A stretch of DNA of 64,000 nucleotides from the human T2T-CHM13v2.0 reference genome, Homo sapiens (GCF_009914755.1 NC_060936.1), one strand, 5' to 3'; shown: positions 1 to 16,382, counted from the first letter of the stretch. A program made the numbers and translations. The notes: generated by a model from the letters alone, not told the origin.

Positions 1-149
1 CTCTAAAAGTTCTGTAAATGACACTGACCCTTTTGTTTCCTAACTCCTACTGTTAAGGCACAGGTTCTTTACTGATCTTAAAACCCTAGGCCAGGATGGC
101 TGTAACCAGGGTGTATAACCTTATGTTTTATTGTCCAAATAAGGACACA

Positions 150-352
150 TTTTAACATTTCAATAGTTTGGGGGTACAGGTGGTTTTTGGTTACATGGAT
201 GAGTTCCTTAGTGGTGAATTTTGAGATTTTAGTGCACCTGTCCCCCAAACAGTGTACATTGTACTCAATATGTAGTCTTTTATCCCTCCCCCCGTCCAAC
301 CACCCCCTTACCCCATCCCCAAAGTCCATTAGATCACTCTGTATGTCTTTGT
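150..352 (-). mobile_element. L1PB-like 3' end fragment
   Basis: TTTGGGGGTACAGGTGGTTTTTGGTTACATGGATGAGTTC...CCCCAAAGTCCATT. Confidence 0.65.
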
Positions 353-1500
353 GTCCAAATGAGGACACTTTTGAAACTGAAAGTGGGTGCTGGGGGTAAA
401 AGACATAAGCCAGGGCCCACACAGGCAAACCATGCTGTCAGGTCAGCATACCTAAAACACTTTGAGCCTCTTATCCTCTATTAGCAGAGGTTAAGTTGGG
501 GTCTCTAGATTTCTTTTTTTCTTTTTTTTTTTTTTTCATTGTTGTTGTTGTTGTTGGGATAAGGTCTTGTTCTGTTCACCCAGGCTGGACTGCAGTGGCA
601 CAAACATGGCTCACTGCAGCCTCTACCTCCCAGGCTCAAGTGATCCTCCCACCTCAGCGCCCAACCCAAGTAGCTGGGACTGCAGACATATGCCACCATA
701 TCTGGCTGTTTTTTTGTTTTCTTGGGTTTTGCCATGTTGTCCAGGCTGGTCTCAAACTTCTGGCTCAAGCGATCCTCCCACTTCAGCCTCCCGAAGTGCT
801 GGGTTTACAAGTGTGAGCCACCATGCCTGGCCTAGATTTCAACTTGAAAGTCTGTGAGGTGGCTAGGAATGGTGGCTCACACCTGTAATCCCAGCACTTT
901 AGGAGGCTGAGGCAGGTGGATCGCTTGAGCTCAGAAGTTCAAGACCAGCCTGGGCAACATAGTGAGACCTCGTCTCTATATATTTTTTAAATAAATAATA
1001 ATTTTTAAAAAAAGAAAGTCTGTGGGGTTTATTGGATAATTTAAAGTTTTATTTTCATTTCAATAAAATGCTTGTGATTTAAAGTGCCTGTGTTTGCATT
1101 ATTTACATTGATCCAATGTTTGTCCCTAAGTGGGAGAACTTTGTCTCCGGTCAAAGAGAGAACAGAGGTAGACTTTACCATAGTGAAATGTTCAAGCCAA
1201 GTGAAACACAGAAAGATGCATGGCCTGTAAATAAAGACTTGTAGTGTTTCAGAAAGAGAAAAGTGGAACATGATCACAGAAGGATGCTGAATTCAAGAGT
1301 GTATTGTAGCATTTTACTATATTCACTTTGCAAAAAGAAATGTATTTTCAGGAAAACATCATGCATCATATTGATATTAATTTGCATTAATTTAATAAAC
1401 TTTTAGATTATAAATTTGTTGATTTTATAAGAATACAATAAGTTTTCTTACATGTACATTTATGTTAGTATGTATTATAGAAGCATGACAGCAAAAATGA

Positions 1501-1683
<183 letters not shown>

Positions 1684-1694
1684 TAAGAATCAGT

Positions 1695-3130
1695 GCTGAT
1701 ACAACACCGAAAGCATAAGTAATAAAAGGAAAAATAGACACGAGACTACATCAAACTAAAAAGCTTCCATGCAGCAAAAGAAATAACCAACAGAGTGAAA
1801 AGGCAACCTATGGAATGAGAGAAAATGTTTGCAAACCATGTATCAGATAAGGGGTTAATATCCAAAATATGTAAGAAACTCATTGAATTTAATAGCAAAA
1901 ATACCAATAACCTGATTTGAAAATGGGCAAAGGACCTGAATAGACATTCCTCCAAAGTAGACATACAAATAGCCAACAGGTTTATAAAAAGATGCCCAGA
2001 GCCAGTCATGGTGGTTCATGCCTGTAATCCCAACACTTGGGAGGCTGAGGCAGGCAGATCGCTTGAGCCCAGAAGTTCAAGACCAGCCTGAGCAACATAG
2101 TGAGACATCGTCTCTACAAAACAAAAACTTTTTTAAAATTAGGTTGTAGTGGCACACACGTAGTCCAGCTACTCGGGAGGCTGAGGTGGATTGCTTGAGC
2201 TCAGGAGGTCAAGACTGCAGTGGGCCATGCTCCAGCATGGGTGACAAAGCAAGACTGTATCTCAAATACACATACACACACATACACACATGATGCCCAG
2301 TGTCACTAATCATCAGGGAAATGAAAGTCAAAACTACAGTGAGATATCACCTCACACTTGTTAGCATGGCCATTACCAAAAATACATAAAATAAGCGTTG
2401 AGGATATGGAGAAATTTCAACATGTGTACACTGTTGGTGGGAATGTAAAATGCTGCAGCCATATGGAAAACAGTATGAAAGTTTCTCCAAAAAATTAAAA
2501 ATTGAAGTGTTGTATGATCTAGCAATACCACTTCTGGTATTTATTCAAAAGAATTGAATCAAAACAGGATCTTGAAAAGATATTTGTACTCCCATGTTCA
2601 TTGCTGTATTATTCACAATAGCCGAGAGGTAGAAAAAATCTGAATGTCCGTCAGTGGATGAATGGATAAAGAAAATGTGGTATATACAGACAATGGAATA
2701 TTATTCAGCAGAGCTGTCCTGCAATATCTGCCATTATTTATTTCTACGGGGAAATTATTCTGTCTTCCACATAGCTGACCTATAAATGAAGGTGTTAAAA
2801 AGAGAAGGAAATCCTGTCACATGCTGCAACAAGAATTTGGAAGACATTATGCTAAGTGAAATAAGCCCATCTCAAAAACAACAACAACACTGCCTGATTC
2901 TTCTTACATGAGGCATCTAAAGGAGTCAAACTCATACAAACTAAAATGGTGTTTTTGGAGAGGGGAAAGTTAGTTGCAGTTTGATGGGTATAGGATTTCA
3001 GTCATGCTAGATGAGACCTTTCTAGAGATATGCTGTACAACAATGTGCATATAGGTAACAATCATATACACTTAAAATTTTGTTAAGAGGGTACATCTCA
3101 ATATGAATTTTTCACAATTAAAAAAAATCA
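1695..3130 (+). mobile_element. Old L1 (L1MA/MB) 3' portion, interrupted by an Alu (2000-2290) and a templated insert (2710-2794)
   Basis: Degenerate ORF2 C-terminus and 3'UTR (AAACTAAAAAGCTTCC, GGATAAAGAAAATGTGGTATATAC). Confidence 0.8.
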
Positions 3131-3185
3131 ATATTCCATAGGTTAGACCAAAGTTTTGCCTTTCTTTCTCTTCCTAATCCAACTA

Positions 3186-3199
3186 TGCCCTCTGGTGGT
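3186..3199 (-). promoter_or_regulatory. CTCF core motif
   Basis: Minus strand ACCACCAGAGGGCA matches CCASYAGRKGGCR. Confidence 0.55.
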
Positions 3200-3603
3200 G
3201 ATAGTTGCTAATAGAAGTAAAATAACTACTCCTTTGTATCCTTTCCAAATTCATTTTGTAGGTCAGCTGTGTGGAAGACAGAATAATTTCCCTGTAGAAA
3301 CAAAGTTGTAAATAATGGCAGATGTTGCAGGACAACCCACCAAAACCCATATAAATCTTACTTGAAACAGTATTGAGAGTAGCCCTCTATCACTTGATTT
3401 ACACCCTCCTTCTTCCGTCCCACCCTCCTTGTTGGTGAAACAAATGAAAAATCCCATATCCACAGTCTACTCTGTCCCCATCACCATCAGAAGTAGAAAG
3501 AGGAAAGAGAAGGGAAGAGGATTCGTGCTTCCGCCAAATTTAACAGCTTTATTTATAGGCACACTTTCTGTCCTCAAACCCCACACCCATCCTGCGGCCT
3601 TCA

Positions 3604-3879
<276 letters not shown>

Positions 3880-4359
3880 CTATAGTCCTTAGCTCTCCAG
3901 GGCATCACCATGTTGCCCAGGCTGCTCTTGAGCTCCTGAATTCAAGCAATCCACTTGCCTCGGCTTCCCAAAGTGCTGGGATTACAAATGTTAGCCACTG
4001 TGCCAGGCCAGTAATTCCAAAGTCAAAGTCACCAGAGTCTCCAGAGTCAAAATCACCTTCTAAGTAGAAGGCAACAAAAAAGAAAAAGAAGACCAGGAAA
4101 AATAAAATGGAAAAAAAAGAAAAACCTCTTCCACCCAAGGTCTACTCATACCTGGAAATCTCTACGATGTATAACCAATAAACCTCCAAAGACCTTGTCT
4201 TTTCCCAGCTTTATAAAACTTTCCCCCAGTCCCTTCTAGGGGCTGGCTGGAAGAAGGAAGGGATGAGGGATGGAACAATCCCAGTCTAGTTGGTGTACAT
4301 CATATTCCATTAATGCTTGATTGTCTTTTTTTTTTTTTTTTTTTTTTTTTTTGAGATAG

Positions 4360-4641
<282 letters not shown>

Positions 4642-5794
4642 TGATTTTCTTGTGTGCTCAACTATTGTTTGTGCTGTATGATTCCCAGGGCCTCTCCCCG
4701 GGAAGGGACAAGAATGACATGGACCCTGCTGTATGTAAACACATTTTTTTTGTTGTTGTTATTTGGTTGGTTGGTTAGACGGTCTCAGTCTGTCTGCCAG
4801 GATAGAGTGCAATGGCGCCATCATAGCTCACTAAATCCTATTTCTAAGGAACTAGAAAACTGTGGAATATTATCAAATCCACTCAAAGTGACAAGAGGAA
4901 AAAAATCTATATTATGATTTTAGTGATATAGGAAAAAAGAGCTGGAAGAGCATATAGACAAAAACACTTGGATTGTTTAGAATGACCTGATGTTGGTGCA
5001 TTATTTAATTTGGAATTACCGGCCGGGTGCAGCAGCTAACACTTGAAATCCCAGGACTTTGGGAAGCTGAGGTGGGCAGATCACTTGATTCTAGGAGTTT
5101 GAGACCAGCCTGGGCAACATGGTGAAACCCTGTCTCTACAAAAAAAAAAAAAAGTAAATATTATCTGGGCATGGAGGCACATGCCTGTAGTCCTAGCTAC
5201 TCAGGGGGCTGAGATGGGAGGATTGCTTGAGCCCAGAAATTCAAGGCTGTGGTGAGCTGAGATCGTGCCACTACACTCCATGCACTCCATGCACTCCAGT
5301 CTGAGTGACAAAGCGAGACCCTGTCTCAAAAAATAATAATAATAATAATTTGGAATTATGCAAACATTGGTATAATGCATAATTTTGTATAATGATAAAT
5401 GAAAATATTGACTGTTTTATATTGTCAAAATGCAAAACTTAAAAACTTAAAAGAGGCTTAACACAACCCTTTATTGTATCTCACAATTCTGTGGATTGGA
5501 TGGGCAGTTCTTCTACAGGTCTCACCTGGGTTTCCCACGAGTTTGCTGGGAAAGGGCAGCTGGTGCTCTTCTGTGTGGTCTCTCCATGCCTATGATGTCA
5601 TCCTCCAAGGCCTCTCTACGTGGTGGCTTGGAAACAGAAGCTGCCAGACCCAGACCGTCTTAAAGTCTGGGGTCTGAAATCCTAGAACTTTACTTCCTCC
5701 ACATTCTTCTGGTCAGAATAGCACAGGCTCAGCCCAGATGAGAGCAGAAGAGACACAAACTTCACCTCTTTTTTTTTTTTTTTTTTTTTTTTGA

Positions 5795-6088
<294 letters not shown>

Positions 6089-6153
6089 TGATGGGAGGAG
6101 TAACATGCAAATATAGTGAGGGATGGTATGGTTTGGAACATGCTTGGAGATCA

Positions 6154-7710
<1,557 letters not shown>

Positions 7711-8339
7711 ATAACCACACAATAATTTGTAAGTGAATTCTATGACTTGATGTATGGTTTATGCAAATCTGTGCAAGAATAAGCCATGCTATAACAAAGT
7801 GTCAAACTACTTGGGAAATGAGAATAAACCATATACTGTATATTTAAAGTACAAGGTCACTAAGCAAGTGAGTATTTCTGTTAAGATAATAGCTACCATT
7901 TATTGAGGGCTTGCTGTTTGTTTGAACCATATGGAATTGCAGATCCCAACATTTTCGGACTTGAAAATGGCAATGCTATAGGGGTCATCCTAATATATAG
8001 TAACCATAGAATTAGATGTTTATATACAAATTAATTAATATTCACATATTCACAAAAACCCTTAAGGTAGGCTTCTTACTATCTCATAGTTTACAAAATA
8101 AAGGTTCTGGAAGATTTAAAATAACCTGCCAAAAGTCTGATGACAAGTAAGAACAAGGTCTGACATAGCATCTTATCCCAAAAGTTACACTACCCAGATT
8201 TCTAGCCAAGGAATCATGTTGCCTTCCCCAAAATGACAAAAGCTTCAGATCCACAAGGCACAGAAATACAGAGAAGTGCTTGGTCTGACGGCATGGAGTA
8301 TGGCTGTCTCCCCACTATAGATACCCAAATTCAAGTTGA

Positions 8340-8726
<387 letters not shown>

Positions 8727-9266
8727 TAATTTAACACTATTAAGAGTTGTTCAAAAATTCCCACCATGAACCTGGCATGCTGGCATGTACCTGCAGTCTC
8801 AGCTACTCGAGAGGCTGAGGCAGGAGGATTGCCTGAGCCCAGGAGTTTGAGGCTGTGGTGTGCTGTGATCTCACCTGTGAGTAGCCGTTGCACTACAGCC
8901 TGGCCAATATAGCAAGACCCCATCTCAAGAAAAAAAAAATCAAATTTATCTCGTCAAGAATTTTCAGCTTCTCTTCCATATTTATCACTGAACCTCTCTA
9001 ATATGCAAATATGTGAAATATAAAACAAATGGTTGTAGCCTCAGAAAAAATATAATGGCACAGGTTGAAGCTTAGCAGCCAAAAAGCTTTCACTATGCTT
9101 ATCAGCTGCCTTATAGAACATTTATTAATGTACTCCCAAGCATCTTCATGCAAAATTAAAAGTGGTACCGCCAGTGAGTGAGATTCAATATGAAATTATG
9201 TAAAACATGCTATCAGTTATAGGAACTTCAGGCTTTTCCCTCTTTGCACAGTAGCTAGAGTATCTA

Positions 9267-9404
<138 letters not shown>

Positions 9405-9830
9405 CTACTAAAAATACAAAATTAGCTGGGTGTGGTGGCACATGCCTGTAATCCCAACTACTCGGGATGCTGAGGCAGGAGAATTGCTTGAGCCCAGGAG
9501 GTGGGGCTGCAGTGAGCCAAGATCGTGCCATTGCACTCCAGCCTGGGGGGCAAGAGTGAAACTCAAAAAAAAAAAAAAAAAAGAAAAGGAATACTTCATG
9601 TATCTCCTCTAACACTACCTGTAAATCCATTTGGAACTCTGTAAGTAAAGAATGGCTATTTCAATTTGGTCACTTAGCAATTACCCGTTCAAGTCAAAGG
9701 CTGAAAAAAGTTTAGGAACTAAAAAGCTTTCTGTCCACCCTTGGAAAGAGTGTTTTCCACGTAGATCTTCCATTGATGGCGCTAATTAGAGCCAACACTC
9801 TTTCCTGGTGGTAAGCAGTGAAAATAGTCA

Positions 9831-10112
<282 letters not shown>

Positions 10113-10623
10113 TCAGTCTCAAAAAAAAAAAAAAAAATTAAAATGAATCTGTTCTCCAATGCTCTATAGACCAGGGGTTCTATGAGTACAGCGGCTGGTC
10201 CTCAGATTGGTTAAAAAAATAAGGCAATATTTATTAGTCTCTAAATTCTCACCCAGCTTTGTTAACTTTAACAATATATACCCCAAGTCTTTACTGCATG
10301 TCAGATACCGTGCTGTGTGCTAAAGCATTTATGTTTTCATTTAAATCTCCTAACACCCTTTGCAGTAGGTTATATTATCTTTGCTTTAACTGCAGCTTAC
10401 AAATATTTGTAACTTCCTAAGGTCCAAAACAAGTGCAGAACTGGAATTTAAACCATTTCGGCTCCAAAACCAGTGTTCTTACCCGCATTATATATAGATG
10501 AAATTTTAAAATTATAATTATATATAATTACATATAATCTCTATATATTATTTACATATATATTTTTAATTTTTTAATTTTTATATTTTTATTTATTTTT
10601 TGAGATGGAGTCTCACTCTGTAA

Positions 10624-11206
<583 letters not shown>

Positions 11207-13229
11207 TGAGCCACAGTGCCCGACCTACCTATACTTTCAAATGGAGAGCTGATGACTGCGGGGGTAGGTAATGGTGGTAAATGGCAGTGCTTGTATTATA
11301 AAGATGGCCAAAGGGTTTAGAATCTTGACCCTGGCTGGAAAACTGTCCATGTGTACTTGCCTTTTTGGCAAGCCTTTGGATTCTTAAAAAGTTATTTATG
11401 TGATCTTCATAGTCAAATTTTTCTACAATCAGATTTCCTGAAAAATAATTATTTTGTAGGTGAGGTCAATATTTAGTTAAAATGTTAAATGTGTCTGAGC
11501 ACTAATAGAGATGGATTATTCTGTGATTTTTCTTGCCTTTGACAACAATGCAAACAAAAACCACACAGCAGAGAAGAATAGTGGTTGGACAATCCTTCGA
11601 ATTATTAGTTTCTGATCCCAGACTGTGCAAATGAATAGACATGAGTTATACAGAGTAGACTGAAGAAAATCAGGGTGACAAATATTCAACCATTAACTCT
11701 CCAAAAAACCACTGACTTTAGCCCCACATAAAAAGATTCAGATATATTTTGACAGAGATTTTGCTCCCAGAGATTAAAGTAAGATCCCAGGGCAAAGAGA
11801 GGAGTGGGAGAGGCATGCAGAAATCATGTGGGAGAGAAACCCCAAGCCCTCACTAGAGCCTGCATGACTACTAGCCCAGATCCAGGGCACTGCGGAGAAG
11901 CTAAGGCAGAGCTGAGTTGATCCTCTCGTTGTCATCCTGCGGGTTCATCAGTACATTCTTTGTCCGGTTTGAGGTAATACTTGCCTATGTTCCAAGAATC
12001 TTTTCATATTCCTTTGATTGACCGTCTCTTGAAAATAATCCCCCATCTAACAGCCAGGACACTCAAAAACACCATTTTGCTCCTCTCTCTCTGCCCCCAA
12101 AATTGAGGGTAGAAAATGTGGACTCCTCATTGGGTAATGAAGGAAAAGACTTGGACACTTTATGGGGTGATGGCTGGTGACAGCTGAAAGGGAAACTTTG
12201 GGTAAAAAGAAAGGAGGATTACTTGAAGTTAGTGCAAAATCATCCACTGAGCCGAGATAGCAGAGAAACACACTACTCCATTTCAGAGTGTTAAATGTCT
12301 TGTCACAGGCAGAGAATGTAAGAGCTGGAAGAGAACTTGGAGAACATCTAGTCCCACCCTTCCACCTAGCAGAGGAAGCCCAGGAAGAAACAGATGTGGC
12401 CTGGAAAGGGGGCCTGACTTGCTTGAAGTCAAATAGCTGGTCATTTGGCTCTGTCAGAACCTGGAATAAAATGTCCTAGTAATTATCTCCACTGCCCAAC
12501 ACAGGCGAATCTGGCTTAGGAACTCTTTCTTTGGAAGTAGATTTTTCTCTGATCCTCCCTCAAGTCATAATAAGTTGAATGGAGAGTCCAGTTCCTATGT
12601 TCTTAGAAGTCCAAATTCAACACCTCACGGTGATGCCAAAGTTAAGTATTTGTGGAATTAAATTAGTTTATGGCATAAAATATAGTAAAGACAAGTTTTT
12701 AAATGGTTGTGGGAGAGCCATAACTGCTCGTAGACAATTTATCTTTCATAGAGACTCTATGGGACTACACAAATTAGCCCACAGATGCCTGAAACAGAGT
12801 GGCACCATGCACTTAATTTTGTTGAAGTCCAAGCTTCTTTCTCTATGATAAAAGAGGAAGTGACATTCTATACAGCTATGCCTGTGTTCTGCTCATTCTT
12901 CCAGGAATACTTTTGTCACTAGAATTTGTATAGGTGGAGGAGGAGGGTGTCATCCTATTGCTCAGCATTTCCCAAATAATCACTCTGTAGCTTATACTCC
13001 CCACAACAGTTTATCTCAGGATGTTTCGTGGCTTCACACCACTCACCATTATCACACCAGTGAAACTCACCAGATTATATTTTCTGTGTTCACTCTCCAT
13101 AGGCTTCTGTTCCCTTGATAGATTTTTGTCTTAGAACCTTTTTTTCTGGAGAAACGCTACTGTTTAGCACCACTTTATGTATGTCAGAATGGATGTAGGT
13201 TTCTTTGTAGCAGATTTTAAAACTCTGGC

Positions 13230-13818
13230 CTCCGGCCTTGGTGGTTTCTGGTGCAGGAACTGAGAGACCCTTTGGTGTTCTACCTGGAGGCGTGGCTGGC
13301 GGATGAGATCTTGAGTGAGTGACCTTAGGCCCAGACCAAGCTGTAATTCCAGAAGTGGCGTGGATGCGCCAGGCCCTGCTGGTGGTGGACATAGTGGACT
13401 CCAAGAACCTAGTCGAAATAATGGTTTTTGGATGGCTCTGAGTACAGAATCGGGTGAAGAGCATGCTCCTGTGCCTGGCATGGTTTCACCGAGAACACTG
13501 TGCCCAAGCTGAGAAGATAAAACACCTTGAGAAGAACTTGAATGCCCATGCCTCAGGCCCCCACACTCCCCGGCATCCTATTGCTTAAGCAACAGAACTA
13601 TTATCAGGAGAATTTTGAGAACCTTCTTGCTTTTGCTGCTAAGGTGGAAGAGAAGTGAGTACAGCTTTCCTAAATCCCTGCATTCCTTTTTCCTGTGTCT
13701 TGATGGATAGTCGTTTATTTTGTGGCAAGAGTGAGTTTGAAGAACTACTCTAATAAAGAAATGGCTCTTTTGCCCAATGGCATAAAGATCTTTGCACACT
13801 TATAATAAATCAAATTTA
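13230..13818 (+). pseudogene. 5'-truncated retrocopy of OOEP (oocyte-expressed KH-domain protein, KHDC1/DPPA5/KHDC3L/OOEP family)
   Basis: 13233-13588 reads [112 protein letters not shown], colinear with OOEP as I recall it. 14-nt frameshifting insert at 13315-13328, TGA at 13439-13441, 3'UTR with AATAAA at 13752 and 13804. Confidence 0.92.
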
Positions 13819-13820
13819 TT
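13714..13820 (-). terminator. Candidate proximal polyadenylation signals for C12orf56 (minus-strand AATAAA at 13815-13820 and 13714-13719)
   Basis: TTTATT on the plus strand about 180 and 280 nt past the stop; usage cannot be shown from sequence. Confidence 0.4.
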
Positions 13821-13999
13821 TTTTAAAATTTTAAACTTCTCATAGAGAGGTATTGATGGAACATTCAATTAAAATCTTTGTTTATAGGACTCAGAGATAG
13901 CCAGATATTAAACAAATAAAAAAATGTTTCTCGTGAATATCAAGTTGACTCTTGATTAACATTTTATACTCTTATTAACATTGCGTACATTGTTTGTTT

Positions 14000-14105
14000 C
14001 TATTCAACCAATTTCAGAACTTCATGAAAAAGTTGAATGGTAGGTTGAGTGATGGGGTAACACAATGGGAGCCTTTTCTGCAAGGCTGGCATGTGAATAA
14101 AGTAC
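14000..14105 (-). CDS. C12orf56: C12orf56 last coding exon, YFIHMPALQKRLPLCYPITQPTIQLFHEVLKLVE*
   Basis: Acceptor TTTGCAG; 1 nt + 34 codons + TAG (14002-14000). The nine exons total 975 nt = 325 codons with no internal stop. Confidence 0.9.
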
Positions 14106-14245
14106 CTGCAAATCATAAAAAGAAACAAAATAGAGAGTTTTAAAAACAAGAATTTTCACATTGGTCACTTGAGTACATTCACACTCACTGGCTAGGGTTG
14201 TTGGGTGTGGGAATCTAAGCTACAAGACTTGGTCAGCATTTTCAG

Positions 14246-14351
14246 CCCTCCAATCTCCCCCATTTGTGACCTAGAAAATCTCTGACATGTGGACTGTCCC
14301 TCCAATCTCCCCCATTTGTGACCTAGAAAATCTCTGACATGTGGACTGTCC
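14246..14351. repeat. Perfect 52-bp tandem duplication
   Basis: CCCTCCAATCTCCCCCATTTGTGACCTAGAAAATCTCTGACATGTGGACTGT twice. Confidence 0.95.
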
Positions 14352-14702
14352 TCACCACAGTATGAGCAGAGGCTCCTGCTTCTTGGTTTATCAGGCAATG
14401 CGCAGTGAGGAGTTGAAATGAAAGGGTCAAGCTGTGGTGACTACTAGGGCCAAGTCAAGAGGGAAGAGTAGAACTCATCCCCCACGGCCTCAGTAAAAGC
14501 CTAGGAAAGGCCAGAGGAAGAGGCAAAAATGAGAAAGACTTCAACCATCCCCTTGGATGACTTAAAAGAATGGTTCTCAACCCTGATGCACATTGGAATC
14601 ACCTGGAGAGCTTTATCTTTAAAATCTCACAGCCCTGGTACCACGCCAGACAAATGGAAACAGAATTTCTACGTGTGACACCTGGTTATCAGTATTTTTT
14701 TA

Positions 14703-14941
14703 ATAGGTTGAGTATCTCTTATCCAAAATGATTGCAATCAGATGTGTTTCGGATTTCAGATTTTTTCAGATTTTGGAGTATCTGCATTATACTTAATGGT
14801 TGAGCATCCCTAATATGAACATGTAAAATCTGAAATGCTACAATGAGCATTTACTTTGAGCATCATGTTGGTGTTCAAATGATTTCGGATTTTGGAGCAT
14901 TGCAAATTTTGGATTTTTGGTTTAGGGATGCTCAACCTGTA
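14703..14941. mobile_element. Tigger-family MITE (MER46/Tigger4a-like) nested in a MER5-like hAT element (about 14567-14990)
   Basis: Terminal inverted repeats AGGTTGAGTATC / GATGCTCAACCTG; flanks TGGTTCTCAACC ... GTTGAAAACACT. Confidence 0.75.
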
Positions 14942-16382
14942 GTTGCTCAGATAATTCCAATGCAATGTGAGTTGAAAACACTAGTTTAAAACAAGAATCC
15001 ACACCTAAATGGCTACCAGTAATGTAATTTAGGGGGTAAGAGTAAGCAAGAGAGAGAGGAGATGGTGGCAAACTAAACAGTACATGATGCACCTAAGGGG
15101 GTAGCTGCAGGAGTTCTGCCTAACTGTTGTCATCTCACAAGTGTGACACCACTTTGCCAGTTGTCCTGATTTTCAGATGTTTGTATCTAAGTTTTAAAAA
15201 TTGAGTTGTATGATACATGCTACAATGTGGATGAACCTTGAAAACATTAAGCTCAGTGAAGTCAGACACAAAAGATCACATATTATACGCTCCATTTATG
15301 TAGAATGTCCAGAATAGGCAAATCCATCACAACAGAAAGTAAATTAGTGGTTTCCAGGGGTTAGGAGGAGGAGAATATGTGGTGTGATTGCTTAATGGAT
15401 ACTGAGTTTCTTTTGAGGTGATGAAAATGGTGTGCAATTAGATAGTTATGACAGTTGCAAAATATGGTGAATTTAAAAACTATGGAATTGTATATTTTAA
15501 AATGGTAAATTTCATACTATGTGAAATTTACCTTAATATATATATTTTTTTAAGTGAGGAGGTGCAAGAGGGAAGAGATGGGAATTGGGTTGTTTGGACG
15601 AGCTCAGAGCCAAACAAATCCCTTTTATGGGAGTCAGAATGGAACACCTCATGGAAGACAAAAAGTCCATGGCTGAGTGTGGTGGCTCACACCTGTAATC
15701 CTAGCACTTTAGGAGGCCGAGGCAGGTGAATCACTTGAGGCCAGGAGTTCAAGACTAGCCTGGCCAACATGACAAAACTCCATCTCTACTAAAAATACAA
15801 AAATTAGCTAGGCGTGATGGTGCATGCCTGTAGTCCCAACTACTCAGGAGGCTGAAGTGGGAGGGGGCATTGCTTGAGCCCAGGAGGCAGAGATTGTGAT
15901 AAGCCGAGATCACAGCACTACACTCCAGCCTAGGTGGCAGAGTGAGACCCTGTGTCAAAAAAAAAAAAAAAAGTCTATAAATTGGACTGTAGTTTTTTTT
16001 TAAAAAAAGACAATCTAAGGCTGTAATTTATGTCTCCACATCCTTTTACATCTTCATCCAAACAAATGACAAAGCTGTGTCCGCTGTACCCTTTTCATCT
16101 TAAGTCAGAGACAACCTGGGTTTTCTCCTTAATGGGTGCTATGCAGGGCTGCACTGCTAAGTGCACTTGGCTTTGGCAGCCTATAAATAGAAATGGAACC
16201 CCTGAGGTGCAGGAGAACAGGCTGGCAGATGAAGCCAATGCTGGCTACTGTTCTTTCTTACTGTTCTGTTACTGAGAGGGGTAAGTGAAACAAACAAAAC
16301 CCCTGATAACCATGTTCATTAATTGTTACTCCTTTATCAATTGCTTCTGTCCAATAACTCAATTGTAAGTCACAATCCATAA

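Noticed and set aside
9768-9785. CTCF-like CCATTGATGGCGCT
   Set aside because: The 5' half of the core mismatches; too weak to call.
10490-10600. AT-rich quasi-palindromic tracts (also about 22000-22110, 42600-42710, 60400-60500)
   Set aside because: Ordinary low-complexity TA-rich sequence.
11930-12050. Coding-looking unique segment past the OOEP retrocopy
   Set aside because: The frames I translated close quickly, with no recognisable homology or convincing splice-site pair.
13090-13512. Track ORFs 13090..13464 (-), 13164..13481 (-) and 13315..13512 (+) as novel genes
   Set aside because: They are antisense or off-frame readings of the OOEP pseudogene.
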